Made by a program: the position numbers and the translations under genes | Part shown: positions 16,802-25,760 of the stretch, piece by piece | Numbering within the stretch: position 1 is the first letter of the stretch | Layout of the letters: each line of letters begins with the position of its first letter | The notes under the pieces: model-generated | What the model was told of the DNA's origin: nothing | Seen by the model: only the letters and a program-made list of their open reading frames with translations | Database searches by the model: none | Source of the DNA: Thermoanaerobaculia bacterium | GTDB taxonomy: Bacteria; Acidobacteriota; Thermoanaerobaculia; Multivoradales; JAGPDF01 | Assembly: GCA_031403995.1 (NCBI GenBank) | Contig: JANNGS010000057.1 | Location: 12,173 to 76,172, forward strand | Length of the DNA: 64,000 nt | Direction of reading: 5' to 3'

Positions 16802-18142
16802 ATGGGCACAGATCTCGACGCGATAGAACTCTCCGGCGTTCTGTTCGACTCCTCTGCCGACGCTATCGTCGTGGTGGATGCCGACGGGACGATCGTGATG
16901 GCCAACGCGGCCTGCGAGCGGCTGCTCGGCTACCCTGCGGACGCGTTGCGGCGGAGGCCTCTCGAGCTTCTCGTCCCCGAGCGCTGCGCGCTTCACGAGA
17001 GTCTTCGCACCGAGTACCTGCGGAATCCACGCCCCAGACCGATGGGCCTCGGGTTCTCGCTCAGTGCCCGCCACGCAGAAGGTCACGAGATTCCGGTCGA
17101 CATCTCCCTCAGTCCGCTCGAGGTCGGGGGGCGGAGATTCGCTGCCGCCGCCATGCGCGACATGCGCGGTCGCGCCGAAGGCCCGGACGCCTTGCGCATC
17201 CAGGCGACGACACTGCGCTCGGCCGCCAACGGGATCGTCATCACCGATCGCTCGGGCACGATCGTCTGGGTGAATCCGGCGGCCTGCGCGATCACTGGCT
17301 ATGCCGCCGACGAGCTCGTTGGCTCGCACACGCGGCTCCTCAAGTCGGGTGAGCACGGTCCGGACTTCTATGCCGAGCTCTGGCAGTGCGTCACCGGCGG
17401 CGAGACCTGGTCGGGGACGATCGTGAACCGGCGCAAGGACGGTTCGCTCTACCACGAGGAGCAGACGATCGCTCCCGTCCAGGACGCGTCCGGGAACGTC
17501 ACCCACTTCGTCGCGATCAAGGCCGACGTCAGTGCGCGACGGCAGGCCGAAGAGGAGCTCGCCGTCGCCCACCAGGAGCTCGGTTCGCGGGTCGCCGAGA
17601 TCGAGTCGCTCAACCGGCGCCTGCGCGAACAGGCGGTCCGCGACCCTTTGACCGGTCTCCACAACCGCCGCTACTTCGACGAGTCCGCCGGACGCGACCT
17701 CGCCAGGGCGCGGCGGACCGGCCAGCCGGTGTCGATCGTCGTCTTCGATGTCGACCATTTCAAGGTGGTCAACGACATCCACGGGCATGCCGCCGGCGAT
17801 CTCGTGCTGAAGGCTCTGGCGGAGATCCTCTCCGCCGGAGTGCGCGGTTCGGACCTCGTCTGTCGCGTCGGGGGCGAAGAGTTCGTCGCGCTGCTCCCCG
17901 ATGCCTCGATGGCGGTGGCTGTCGAGCGTGCCGAGGCGGTCCGGAGGCAGTTCGCTGTGACACAGATCGACCTCGGCGACGGTCGCGTCATCGGCGCCAC
18001 CGTTTCCGCCGGCGTTGCGCTTTTTCATGCCGACGGTGAGCTGCCCGAAACCGCGCTTCGCCGTGCCGACGCCGCGCTCTACCAAGCGAAGCGCGCCGGG
18101 CGGAACCGCGTCGTCGCTGCTGCAATCCAGTCGCCTACCTGA
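16802..18142 (+). CDS. PAS/PAC sensor diguanylate cyclase (tandem PAS plus GGDEF).
   Basis: The PAS motifs include GTIVMANAA...LLGY. The GGDEF domain contains RYFDE...DVDHFKVVND..GH.AGD and the active-site RVGGEEF. The track ORF begins at 16418, but that stretch overlaps the ankyrin gene and is low-complexity. Confidence 0.85.
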   Translation: MGTDLDAIELSGVLFDSSADAIVVVDADGTIVMANAACERLLGYPADALRRRPLELLVPERCALHESLRTEYLRNPRPRPMGLGFSLSARHAEGHEIPVDISLSPLEVGGRRFAAAAMRDMRGRAEGPDALRIQATTLRSAANGIVITDRSGTIVWVNPAACAITGYAADELVGSHTRLLKSGEHGPDFYAELWQCVTGGETWSGTIVNRRKDGSLYHEEQTIAPVQDASGNVTHFVAIKADVSARRQAEEELAVAHQELGSRVAEIESLNRRLREQAVRDPLTGLHNRRYFDESAGRDLARARRTGQPVSIVVFDVDHFKVVNDIHGHAAGDLVLKALAEILSAGVRGSDLVCRVGGEEFVALLPDASMAVAVERAEAVRRQFAVTQIDLGDGRVIGATVSAGVALFHADGELPETALRRADAALYQAKRAGRNRVVAAAIQSPT

Positions 18143-18276
18143 TCGAAGCGGCGACGGATTCCGGCCACCCCCCCCGATCGGGTGATGGCAGAGAAACCCG
18201 GACAGGATGAGTTTTAAACTTTTCAGGTCCGCGGCCTTTTTGCGGAGGGTGGACGTCGCAAGTGGAGGAGTGTGCA

Positions 18277-19292
18277 ATGAGAGTCTGTGTCTTGGATTCG
18301 ATCGGTTTGCTCGCCGGAGTCGTTCCGCTGTCGGCGCAGTTCCTGCCCTGTGCGGCGGATACCCACCTCACCCGCAAGGGGGACTATCTCAACGGCACGA
18401 CCGCAGTCGTCGACAGCGGGGTCTGGGAGTGGGAGATCGGCTCCGGCGACACCTACACCAGCATCCAGGGCATTTCTGCCGTCGGCATGTTCTATGCCAC
18501 CGTGCCGACCTCGATCCCGGCGCCTACGGTCTCGCCGCCGGTGCTGCGCTGCAACCGGAAAATTCCGCCTACTGCACCCTTGGCACCCAGTTCTATGCAC
18601 GGTGGATGGCGCAGTTCCCGGATCCACACGACCTCGTCGACTACTACGTAACGAATCGCCTGTCCCTCTCTGGATGGGATATTTCGGCCCACATCCGCGC
18701 CGCGCGGCTGGCCGGATTCGACGTCTATTCGGTCGGGATCGCCGAGCGGATTCTCGCGCGCCGCCCCGACTGGGAGCATGTCCTCTACGGTGGCTGGGAC
18801 TACACCGAGTTGTCCTGGGGCGCGCTGCTGCGGGCGATGCTCGAGCTCGAGGCGGCGGGTGACCTGCCGCCGGCAATGTATACCGAGGTGCTCGTGATCG
18901 CCGACCTGTTGATCGCCGCCCAAGCCGTGGACGGATCCTGGGGCGGGGGCGACTTCCAGGCCACCGCCTACGCCCTGCTCGGACTGCGCGCCGATCCGTG
19001 GAACTTCACCCTGCCGTGGCAGCAGGCGATCATTGAAGGGGTCGACTTCCTGCACGCCACGGTGAGTGCCGAACCGACCTGCGGCTGGAGCTATCCGCCC
19101 GAATACGGTGAGATGAACAGCGAGATCCTCGCCGCGCTGGCGGTCGTGCAGTCGCTGCCGTTCGTGGACGGTTTCGAGACCGCGGATACTTCGGCCTGGA
19201 GCTCCGAGGTTCCGACAGCGCTCGCGGCCCGGGGCAGCCAGGTCGTCGTGCAAGCCCCGGCGCCTCGACCCGCGGCGCAGCCCTTCGACTGA
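18277..19292 (+). pseudogene. Secreted protein interrupted by a frameshift near 18505-18530. It carries a signal peptide, then an alpha/alpha-toroid-like region with a DGSWGGG motif and a conserved C-terminal DGFETADTSAWSSEVP motif. This is either a genuine pseudogene or a sequencing indel.
   Basis: GGAGGAG lies 8 nt upstream of the ATG at 18277. The signal peptide MRVCVLDSIGLLAGVVPLSAQ is read in frame +1 of the track (ORF 18262..18651). The body continues only in the frame of ORF 18207..19292, and no single frame spans both parts. Confidence 0.5.
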
Positions 19293-19307
19293 TCCGGACC
19301 GGTCCTT

Positions 19308-19517
19308 TCAGCGCTTTTTCATCGGGCAGGTGGAGAGCCCGAACAGGGTGTACGCCGGGCACGAACCGAGCAGCCCGGTGACGATCGGGACGATTCCGAC
19401 GAAGCCCCACGGGCTCTTCGGACCGATGAAGGCGAGGGAGAGGATCGCGATCCCGGCGATCACCCGGACGGCGCGATCGACGGTACCTTCGTTGCGGGGC
19501 AAGAGCTTGCTCAACAT
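19308..19517 (-). CDS. Small inner-membrane protein, DUF2892/YgaP-like (69 aa).
   Basis: The C-terminal two-helix motif GPKSPWGFVGIVPIVTGLLGSCPAYTLFGLSTC is present. GGAGA lies 6 nt upstream of the ATG at 19517. Confidence 0.65.
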   Translation of the reverse strand: MLSKLLPRNEGTVDRAVRVIAGIAILSLAFIGPKSPWGFVGIVPIVTGLLGSCPAYTLFGLSTCPMKKR

Positions 19518-19584
19518 GGCGTCTCCTTGGATGGCTCGGATGGCTTCGAATTGTACGACCGATTGCGGTCGCCATCCGGAAAGA

Positions 19585-19977
19585 GCCAGGTCGGAGCAGA
19601 AAGGTTTCATCCGGCCTGGTGCCGGCGCCACCGCCAGGTCCTCCTTGAGTCAGCGGGCGAGCCAGGCGAGCATGGCGATGGCCGCGGCGAGCCGGGTGGA
19701 CCCGCGCCAGGCGCTCTCCGATGGCGCCGTAGAGGCCCGACATCTGGTACTGCGCCGAGAGCAGCATCATGCTGAAGAGCAGCGTCAGCGTGGGCGCGTC
19801 GACCTCGGCTTTTGCCTCCTCGAGCGAGATGCCGCCGGTCGCCAGATACGCCAGAGCGCCGAGCACCGCGAAGCCGGTCCGGTCGAGCGCCAGGCCAGGA
19901 ATGCGGCCGATGGCCAGCAGCAGGTAGGTGGCTCCGAAGAGGGCCAGGGGGAGAGTCGCTGGAGTCGTCGTAAGATG
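19585..19977 (-). pseudogene. Remnant of an ArsB/NhaD-superfamily anion permease: the first 95 aa are preserved with no start codon, and the frame then decays.
   Basis: The minus-strand translation TLPLALFGATYLLLAIGRIPGLALDRTGFAVLGALAYLATGGISLEEAKAEVDAPTLTLLFSMMLLSAQYQMSGLYGAIGERLARV looks like TM1-TM3 of an ArsB/YbiR-type permease. In frame it is preceded by TAG and followed by Arg/His-rich nonsense. Confidence 0.4.
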
Positions 19978-20073
19978 TTGATTCTAAGGCCTTTGATGAG
20001 CGCCGTGCAACATCGGATTGGAGCCCTCTGAAACGCCCGGCTCGGGCAGGGCGTGCTAGTGTCCAACCCCGTC

Positions 20074-22023
20074 ATGTCCAAACCCGAGTCGACGACGGGA
20101 GTCGACCTCAACCCCACCTCCCACGCTCCGATCATCCGCTCGAAGAAGGATCTGGCGCGCCTCAGCCTTGGTGCGCTGGGGGTCGTGTATGGCGACATCG
20201 GCACCTCGCCGCTCTACGCGATCAAGGAGTGCTTCGCACTGCCCCACGGTGTCGCGATCAACCTCGGCAACGTCCTCGGCATCCTCTCGCTCGTCTTCTG
20301 GGCGCTGACGCTCATCGTGGTCGTCAAGTACATCGGCTACGTGATGCGCGCCGACAACCACGGTGACGGCGGCATCCTCGCTCTCCTTGCGTTGGTCACC
20401 GAGCAGCGCAGCCACCCAAAGCGCGGCGAGTCCGGCCACCGGCGATGGATCACGCTCGTTGCGCTGGCGCTCTTTGGCGCGGCGCTGCTGTGGGCCGACG
20501 GGATGATCACGCCGGTCATCTCCGTCCTCGGCGCGCTCGAGGGGCTCGACGTCGCGACGCCGTTCTTCCGCCCGTGGATCGTGCCCATCGCCTTGGGGAT
20601 CCTCGTCGCCCTCTTTCTCGTGCAGCGACGGGGAACCGCCGGTATCGGCGCCGTTTTCGGCCCGCTCATGCTCGTCTGGTTCGCGTCGATCGCCGCTCTG
20701 GGAATCCCGGCGATCGTGCGTCATCCGGAGGTGCTGGCGGCGGTCAATCCGATGCACGCCTTTCACTTCTTCCGCGCCAACGGGTTGCACGGCTTCCTGA
20801 TTCTCGGCGCGGTCGTTCTCTGCGTCACCGGCAGCGAGGCTCTGTACGCCGATATGGGGCATTTCGGACGCCGCCCGATCCGCGTCGCCTGGTTCTGGCT
20901 GGTCTTCCCGGCGCTGCTCGCGAACTACTTCGGACAGGGAGCGCTGCTGCTCGCCCGCGGACAGGAGGTGGTCGCGAATCCGTTCTACGGCCTCGCGCCG
21001 GACTGGTTCCTCTATCCGCTGGTGGCGATCGCCACCGCGGCCGCGGTGATCGCCTCGCAGGCCCTCATCTCCGGCGCTTTCTCCCTCGCCCAGCAGGCCA
21101 TCCAGCTGGGCTTCTCGCCCCGCATGACGATCGTCCACACTTCGGGAGAGGCCAGCGGCCAGATCTACGTTCCGGAAGTGAATACGATCCTCATGGTCTC
21201 CTGCGTCGCCCTGACCCTGATGTTCCAGAAGTCCGGCAACCTGGCGGCGGCCTACGGCATCGCGGTGATGGGGACGATGGTGATCACCACGATCCTGCTC
21301 TTCTCCGTCGAGCTCCGGATATGGAAGTGGCCGCTCTGGCAGGCGCTCGCGCTGAGCGCGGCCTTCATGGTCATCGACATCCCTTTCCTCGCCGCCAACG
21401 TGGTCAAGATCGTGAGCGGCGGCTGGGTGCCGCTCGCCGTCGCCCTTGCGATCTATGTCCTGATGACGACCTGGAAGCGCGGCCGCCGAGCCGTCCGCAA
21501 GACCCTCGAGGCCGGCAGCTTGCCGATCGATCTCTTCCTCGCCGGGCTCTCGACCTACGAGCCCTTCAGGGTGAAAGGTACGGCGGTGTTCATGACATCG
21601 TCTATGAACGTCACGCCGCCCATCCTGCTGCACCATTTCAAGCACAACAAGGTGCTGCACGAGAAGGTCATCCTGTTCACCATCGTGACCGAGGGCATTC
21701 CGGAGGTCCCGAAACGGGACCGCATCGGGATGCGCGAGCTCGACCACGGGTTCGCCGAGGTCATAGCGCACTATGGCTTCATGCAGACCCCGAACGTGCC
21801 GCTGGCGTTGCGCCGGGCAGCGGAACTGGGTCTCCAGTTCGATGCCAATTCGGTGAGCTACTTCCTCGGCCGCGAGACGATTCTCACGACCGGCAAGTCG
21901 GCCATGGCCGGCTGGCGCAAGAGCCTGTTCGTCTACCTCGCCCGCAACGCGCGGCCCGCCAACGCCTTCTTCCGCATTCCCCCGAATCGCGTCATCGAGC
22001 TCGGCGCCCAGGTCGAGATCTAG
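20074..22023 (+). CDS. kup: KUP/HAK/KT potassium uptake transporter.
   Basis: The KUP signature GALGVVYGDIGTSPLYA is present, with 12 TM segments and the conserved C-terminal cytosolic domain. Confidence 0.9.
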   Translation: MSKPESTTGVDLNPTSHAPIIRSKKDLARLSLGALGVVYGDIGTSPLYAIKECFALPHGVAINLGNVLGILSLVFWALTLIVVVKYIGYVMRADNHGDGGILALLALVTEQRSHPKRGESGHRRWITLVALALFGAALLWADGMITPVISVLGALEGLDVATPFFRPWIVPIALGILVALFLVQRRGTAGIGAVFGPLMLVWFASIAALGIPAIVRHPEVLAAVNPMHAFHFFRANGLHGFLILGAVVLCVTGSEALYADMGHFGRRPIRVAWFWLVFPALLANYFGQGALLLARGQEVVANPFYGLAPDWFLYPLVAIATAAAVIASQALISGAFSLAQQAIQLGFSPRMTIVHTSGEASGQIYVPEVNTILMVSCVALTLMFQKSGNLAAAYGIAVMGTMVITTILLFSVELRIWKWPLWQALALSAAFMVIDIPFLAANVVKIVSGGWVPLAVALAIYVLMTTWKRGRRAVRKTLEAGSLPIDLFLAGLSTYEPFRVKGTAVFMTSSMNVTPPILLHHFKHNKVLHEKVILFTIVTEGIPEVPKRDRIGMRELDHGFAEVIAHYGFMQTPNVPLALRRAAELGLQFDANSVSYFLGRETILTTGKSAMAGWRKSLFVYLARNARPANAFFRIPPNRVIELGAQVEI

Positions 22024-22125
22024 TCGGCGCGCGATTTGTTGCGCGGCAAGTCACTGATTCTGCTGCAGTTGCCTGCCTGAACCCGGGCGGTGGCCGGGGC
22101 TCGCGTGCTACGCTCCCCACCCGCC

Positions 22126-24075
22126 ATGGCCAAGACAGACTCGTCGACCGGCGTCGACGTCCATCTGACCTCCCACGCACCGATCATCCGCTCGCCGAAG
22201 GACCTGGCGCGGTTGGGGTTGGGTGCATTGGGAGTGGTCTACGGCGACATCGGAACCTCGCCGCTCTATGCCATGAAGGAGTGCTTCAACTCCGCGCACG
22301 GTGTCGCGCCGCTGCTCGGCAATGTGCTGGGGGTCCTCTCGCTGGTCTTCTGGGCGCTCACGCTGATCATCTCCGTCAAGTACATCTCTTTCGTGCTGCG
22401 GGCCGACAACCATGGCGACGGCGGCATCCTCGCGCTCCTCGCTCTGGTTACCGAACAGCGCAGTCACCCCGGCAAAGGCGAGACGGGCAGGAAGCGCTGG
22501 ACAGTCCTGGTCAGTCTCGCTCTGGTCGGCACGTCGCTGCTCCTCGCCGAGGGCATGATCACCCCGGCCATCTCCGTCCTCTCCGCGCTCGAAGGGCTCG
22601 ACATGGCGACCCCGATCTTCCGCCCCTTTATCTTGCCGCTGGCGGTCGGAATTCTCCTCGCCCTGTTTCTCGTCCAGCGCAAGGGCACGGCCGGGATCGG
22701 TGCGGTCTTCGGCAAGGTGATGCTCGTCTGGTTCGCGGCGATCGCGGCCCTGGGACTCCCGGCCATCCTCCGCCATCCGGAGGTGCTGGGAGCGATCAAC
22801 CCGGCGCACGCCGTGCGCTTCTTCGCCGAGAACGGGCTGCACGGATTCCTCATCCTGGGGTCGGTCGTTCTCTGCGTCACGGGAGGAGAGGCGCTCTACG
22901 CGGACATGGGACATTTCGGGCGCGGCCCGATCCGCATCTCCTGGTTCTCGCTCGTCTTCCCGGCCCTTCTGATCAACTACTTCGGCCAGGGGAGCCTGCT
23001 GCTCGAGCGCGGCACGAGTGCGGTGGCGAATCCGTTCTTCGGTCTCGCACCCTCGATACTCCTCTATCCGCTGGTGATCCTGGCGACCGCCGCGGCGGTG
23101 ATCGCTTCCCAGGCGATGATCTCGGGCGCCTTCTCGCTCGCCCAGCAGGCGGTGCAACTGGGCTATCTTCCACGGCTCTCGATCATCCACACCTCGGGCG
23201 AGGCGAGCGGCCAGATCTACGTGCCGGAGATTAACCGGCTCCTGATGGTCGCCTGCATCGCGCTCACGCTCGGTTTCCGCGACTCCTCCAAGCTCGCCGG
23301 CGCCTATGGCATCTCGGTCATGGGCGCGATGATCTGCACCTCCGTCCTGCTCTCCGCGGTCGCCATCCGGCGCTGGAAGTGGTCCCCCGCGCTGGCCTTC
23401 GGGCTCGTGGCCCTATTCCTCGCGGTGGAAGTTCCGCTCCTCCTCGCCAACATCCCGAAGATCGTCCATGGCGGGTGGTTTCCACTCCTGGTGGGGTCGG
23501 TCTTCTTCTTCGCCATGACCACCTGGAACATCGGCCGGCGCGCAGTGCGGAGCTTTCTCGAGCTCGGAAGCCTGCCGATCGACCCCTTTCTGGCCCGTCT
23601 CGAGTCGTACAACGCGCACCGGGTGAAAGGAACGGCGGTTTTCATGACCTCGGCGATGGGGGTGACGCCGCCGATCCTGCTGCACCACTTCAAGCACAAC
23701 AAGGTGCTGCACGAGAAGGTCATCCTGTTCACGATCGTGACCGAGGGTATCCCGGAGGTCCCGAAGCGGGACCGGATCCAGATGCGCGAGCTGGCACATG
23801 GCTTCAGCGAGGTCATCGCGCACTACGGTTTCATGCAGACGCCGAACGTGCCGCTCGCCCTGCGCCGCGCGGCGGAGCAGGGGCTCGAGTTCGACCCCGG
23901 GACGGTGAGCTACTTCCTCGGCCGCGAGACCATTCTCACCACCGGCAAGTCGCGGATGTCCGGCATGCGCAAGAGCCTGTTCGTCTACCTCGCCCGCAAC
24001 GCGCGGCCTGCCAACGCCTTCTTCCGCATTCCTCCGAACCGCGTCATCGAGCTCGGCGCGCAGGTCGAGCTTTAG
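22126..24075 (+). CDS. kup: Second KUP potassium transporter, a tandem paralogue of the preceding gene.
   Basis: It is about 80% identical at the protein level to the 20074..22023 product and carries the same GDIGTSPLYA signature. Confidence 0.9.
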   Translation: MAKTDSSTGVDVHLTSHAPIIRSPKDLARLGLGALGVVYGDIGTSPLYAMKECFNSAHGVAPLLGNVLGVLSLVFWALTLIISVKYISFVLRADNHGDGGILALLALVTEQRSHPGKGETGRKRWTVLVSLALVGTSLLLAEGMITPAISVLSALEGLDMATPIFRPFILPLAVGILLALFLVQRKGTAGIGAVFGKVMLVWFAAIAALGLPAILRHPEVLGAINPAHAVRFFAENGLHGFLILGSVVLCVTGGEALYADMGHFGRGPIRISWFSLVFPALLINYFGQGSLLLERGTSAVANPFFGLAPSILLYPLVILATAAAVIASQAMISGAFSLAQQAVQLGYLPRLSIIHTSGEASGQIYVPEINRLLMVACIALTLGFRDSSKLAGAYGISVMGAMICTSVLLSAVAIRRWKWSPALAFGLVALFLAVEVPLLLANIPKIVHGGWFPLLVGSVFFFAMTTWNIGRRAVRSFLELGSLPIDPFLARLESYNAHRVKGTAVFMTSAMGVTPPILLHHFKHNKVLHEKVILFTIVTEGIPEVPKRDRIQMRELAHGFSEVIAHYGFMQTPNVPLALRRAAEQGLEFDPGTVSYFLGRETILTTGKSRMSGMRKSLFVYLARNARPANAFFRIPPNRVIELGAQVEL

Positions 24076-24169
24076 TCCTCTCCAACTCCGTGGAGTGGGG
24101 AGCGCTCGCCGAGGGCGCCGCCGGGGTCATCCGTGACGGGAGCCCCGGCGAAAGTTGGGGTGAGAGACT

Positions 24170-25681
24170 GTGTTGATGGATTCCCCCGCAGAGTTTCGCG
24201 GAGTTCCTCCTGACCGTGTGCGGGTCGTCGTCGACCGCCCGCCGCGGCCCGCAGGCGAGTTCGTCCTCTACTGGATGATCGCCCAGCGGCGGCTCGGCTG
24301 GAATTTCGCTCTCGACCGGGCCATCGCCTGGGCAGAGGAGCTCGGCAAGCCGCTCGTCGTTCTCGAGGCGCTGCGCTGCGACTACCGCTGGGCGAGCGAC
24401 CGAATCCACCGGTTCGTGCTCGATGGCATGGCCGAAAACGCCCGGCGAGCGGTGGGCAAGCGCATTCTCTACATCCCCTACGTCGAGCCTGCGTCCGGCG
24501 CCGGCAAGGGGCTGCTGCGCGCGCTCTCGCAGCGCGCGGCGGTGATCGTCACCGACGACTTTCCTTGCTTCTTCCTGCCGCACATGGTCGACGGGGCCGC
24601 ACGCCAGGTCGAATGCCGTCTGGAAGCGATCGACGGCAACGGCCTTCTGCCGCTATCGGCGACAGATGCAGCTTCGCCGACCGCTTACGCCTTTCGCCGC
24701 ATTCTGCAAAAGAGGCTGCCCGAATTTCTGGAGTCGATGCCGGCGGCTGCGCCGCTGGATTCGCTCGCGGTCCCGGTGCTGGAAAAACTGCTGGTAAAGG
24801 GAGGTGCTCTGCCATGGGCCGGTGCCTCCGACGAACTGCTAGCCGGTTCGCCGGCAGCGCTGGCGGCATTGCCGATCGATCACTCCGTCCGGCCCGGCGT
24901 AGTGCGTGGCGGCAGCGCAGCCGCCGAGGCGCATCTCTCGACTTTCCTTTACCAGAAGCTTGTGCTTTACGCCGAGAATCGCAACCATCCTGACGAGGAG
25001 GGTGCGAGCGGCCTCTCGCCCTACCTGCACTTCGGACAGATCTCCGTGCACCAGGTCCTGCACGAGGTCGCGGCGGTGGAGAGGTGGTCGCCGGAAGACG
25101 TTGCCGCGGGCGCGTCCGGCGCACGCGCGGGCTGGTGGCGGATGTCGCCGCCGGCGGAGGGTTTTCTCGATCAGCTGGTGACCTGGCGCGAGGTCGGGTA
25201 TCACTTTTGTCACCACCGCCCCGACTACGACCGCTATGAGTCGCTGCCGCCCTGGGCGCTGGCGACTCTGGCGAAGCATTCGGGGGACTTGCGCTCGCCG
25301 CGCTACGAGCTCGACGACCTCGCCGCGGCGCAGAGCTACGACCCGCTCTGGAACGCCGCCCAGCGGCAGCTCGCCTTCGAGGGGCGGATTCACAACTACC
25401 TGCGGATGCTGTGGGCGAAGAAAGTGCTCGAGTGGTCGGCGACGCCGCAGGAAGCGCTGGCAGCGCTCATCGAGCTCAACAACCGCTACGCCCTCGACGG
25501 CCGGAATCCGAACTCGTACAGCGGCATCTTCTGGTGCTTCGGGCGCTTCGACCGGCCGTGGGGACCGGAGCGCCCGATCTTCGGCACGGTGCGCTACATG
25601 AGCTCCGCCAACACTGCGCGCAAGCTCCACCTGAAGGATTATCTGGCGCGCCACGCAGAGCAGGCTTCGCTGCCTAGCTGA
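24170..25681 (+). CDS. phr: Class II CPD deoxyribodipyrimidine photolyase.
   Basis: The N-terminal class II motif FVLYWMIAQRRLGWNFAL is present, and the C-terminal FAD-binding region has SPYLHFGQIS and NYLRMLWAK. The ATG at 24176 is an alternative start. Confidence 0.8.
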   Translation: MLMDSPAEFRGVPPDRVRVVVDRPPRPAGEFVLYWMIAQRRLGWNFALDRAIAWAEELGKPLVVLEALRCDYRWASDRIHRFVLDGMAENARRAVGKRILYIPYVEPASGAGKGLLRALSQRAAVIVTDDFPCFFLPHMVDGAARQVECRLEAIDGNGLLPLSATDAASPTAYAFRRILQKRLPEFLESMPAAAPLDSLAVPVLEKLLVKGGALPWAGASDELLAGSPAALAALPIDHSVRPGVVRGGSAAAEAHLSTFLYQKLVLYAENRNHPDEEGASGLSPYLHFGQISVHQVLHEVAAVERWSPEDVAAGASGARAGWWRMSPPAEGFLDQLVTWREVGYHFCHHRPDYDRYESLPPWALATLAKHSGDLRSPRYELDDLAAAQSYDPLWNAAQRQLAFEGRIHNYLRMLWAKKVLEWSATPQEALAALIELNNRYALDGRNPNSYSGIFWCFGRFDRPWGPERPIFGTVRYMSSANTARKLHLKDYLARHAEQASLPS

Positions 25682-25735
25682 GGTGGCCGATGGCGTCCGG
25701 AGCCGGGCTGCGAGGCCCCGGACAGGCCGTCTCTC

Positions 25736-25757
25736 GGTGAGAATGTAATATCATCAA
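25736..25757 (+). promoter_or_regulatory. Isolated AT-rich 17-20-mer (gagaatgtaatatcatcaac) immediately upstream of the metal ABC ATPase gene. It is a candidate Zur/Fur-family operator overlapping the promoter.
   Basis: The genome is otherwise very GC-rich. The imperfect inverted repeat ATGtaATAtcAT sits 4-25 nt before the start codon. Zur boxes are AT-rich palindromes placed like this before znu operons. Confidence 0.35.
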
Positions 25758-25760
25758 CGC

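Noticed and set aside
16313-18277. Minus-strand 654-aa ORF antisense to the PAS-GGDEF gene, and the 16418..16801 N-terminal extension of the GGDEF ORF.
   Set aside because: The antisense frame is low-complexity. The 5' extension overlaps the ankyrin gene in another frame and is Cys/Arg/Pro-rich. The PAS domain begins at the Met at 16802.
20056-23234. ORFs 20056..21771 (-, 571 aa), 20445..23234 (+, 929 aa) and 22108..23190 (-) overlapping the two kup genes.
   Set aside because: The kup frames carry the KUP signature and 12 TM helices. The alternatives are Arg/Asp/Gly-rich.
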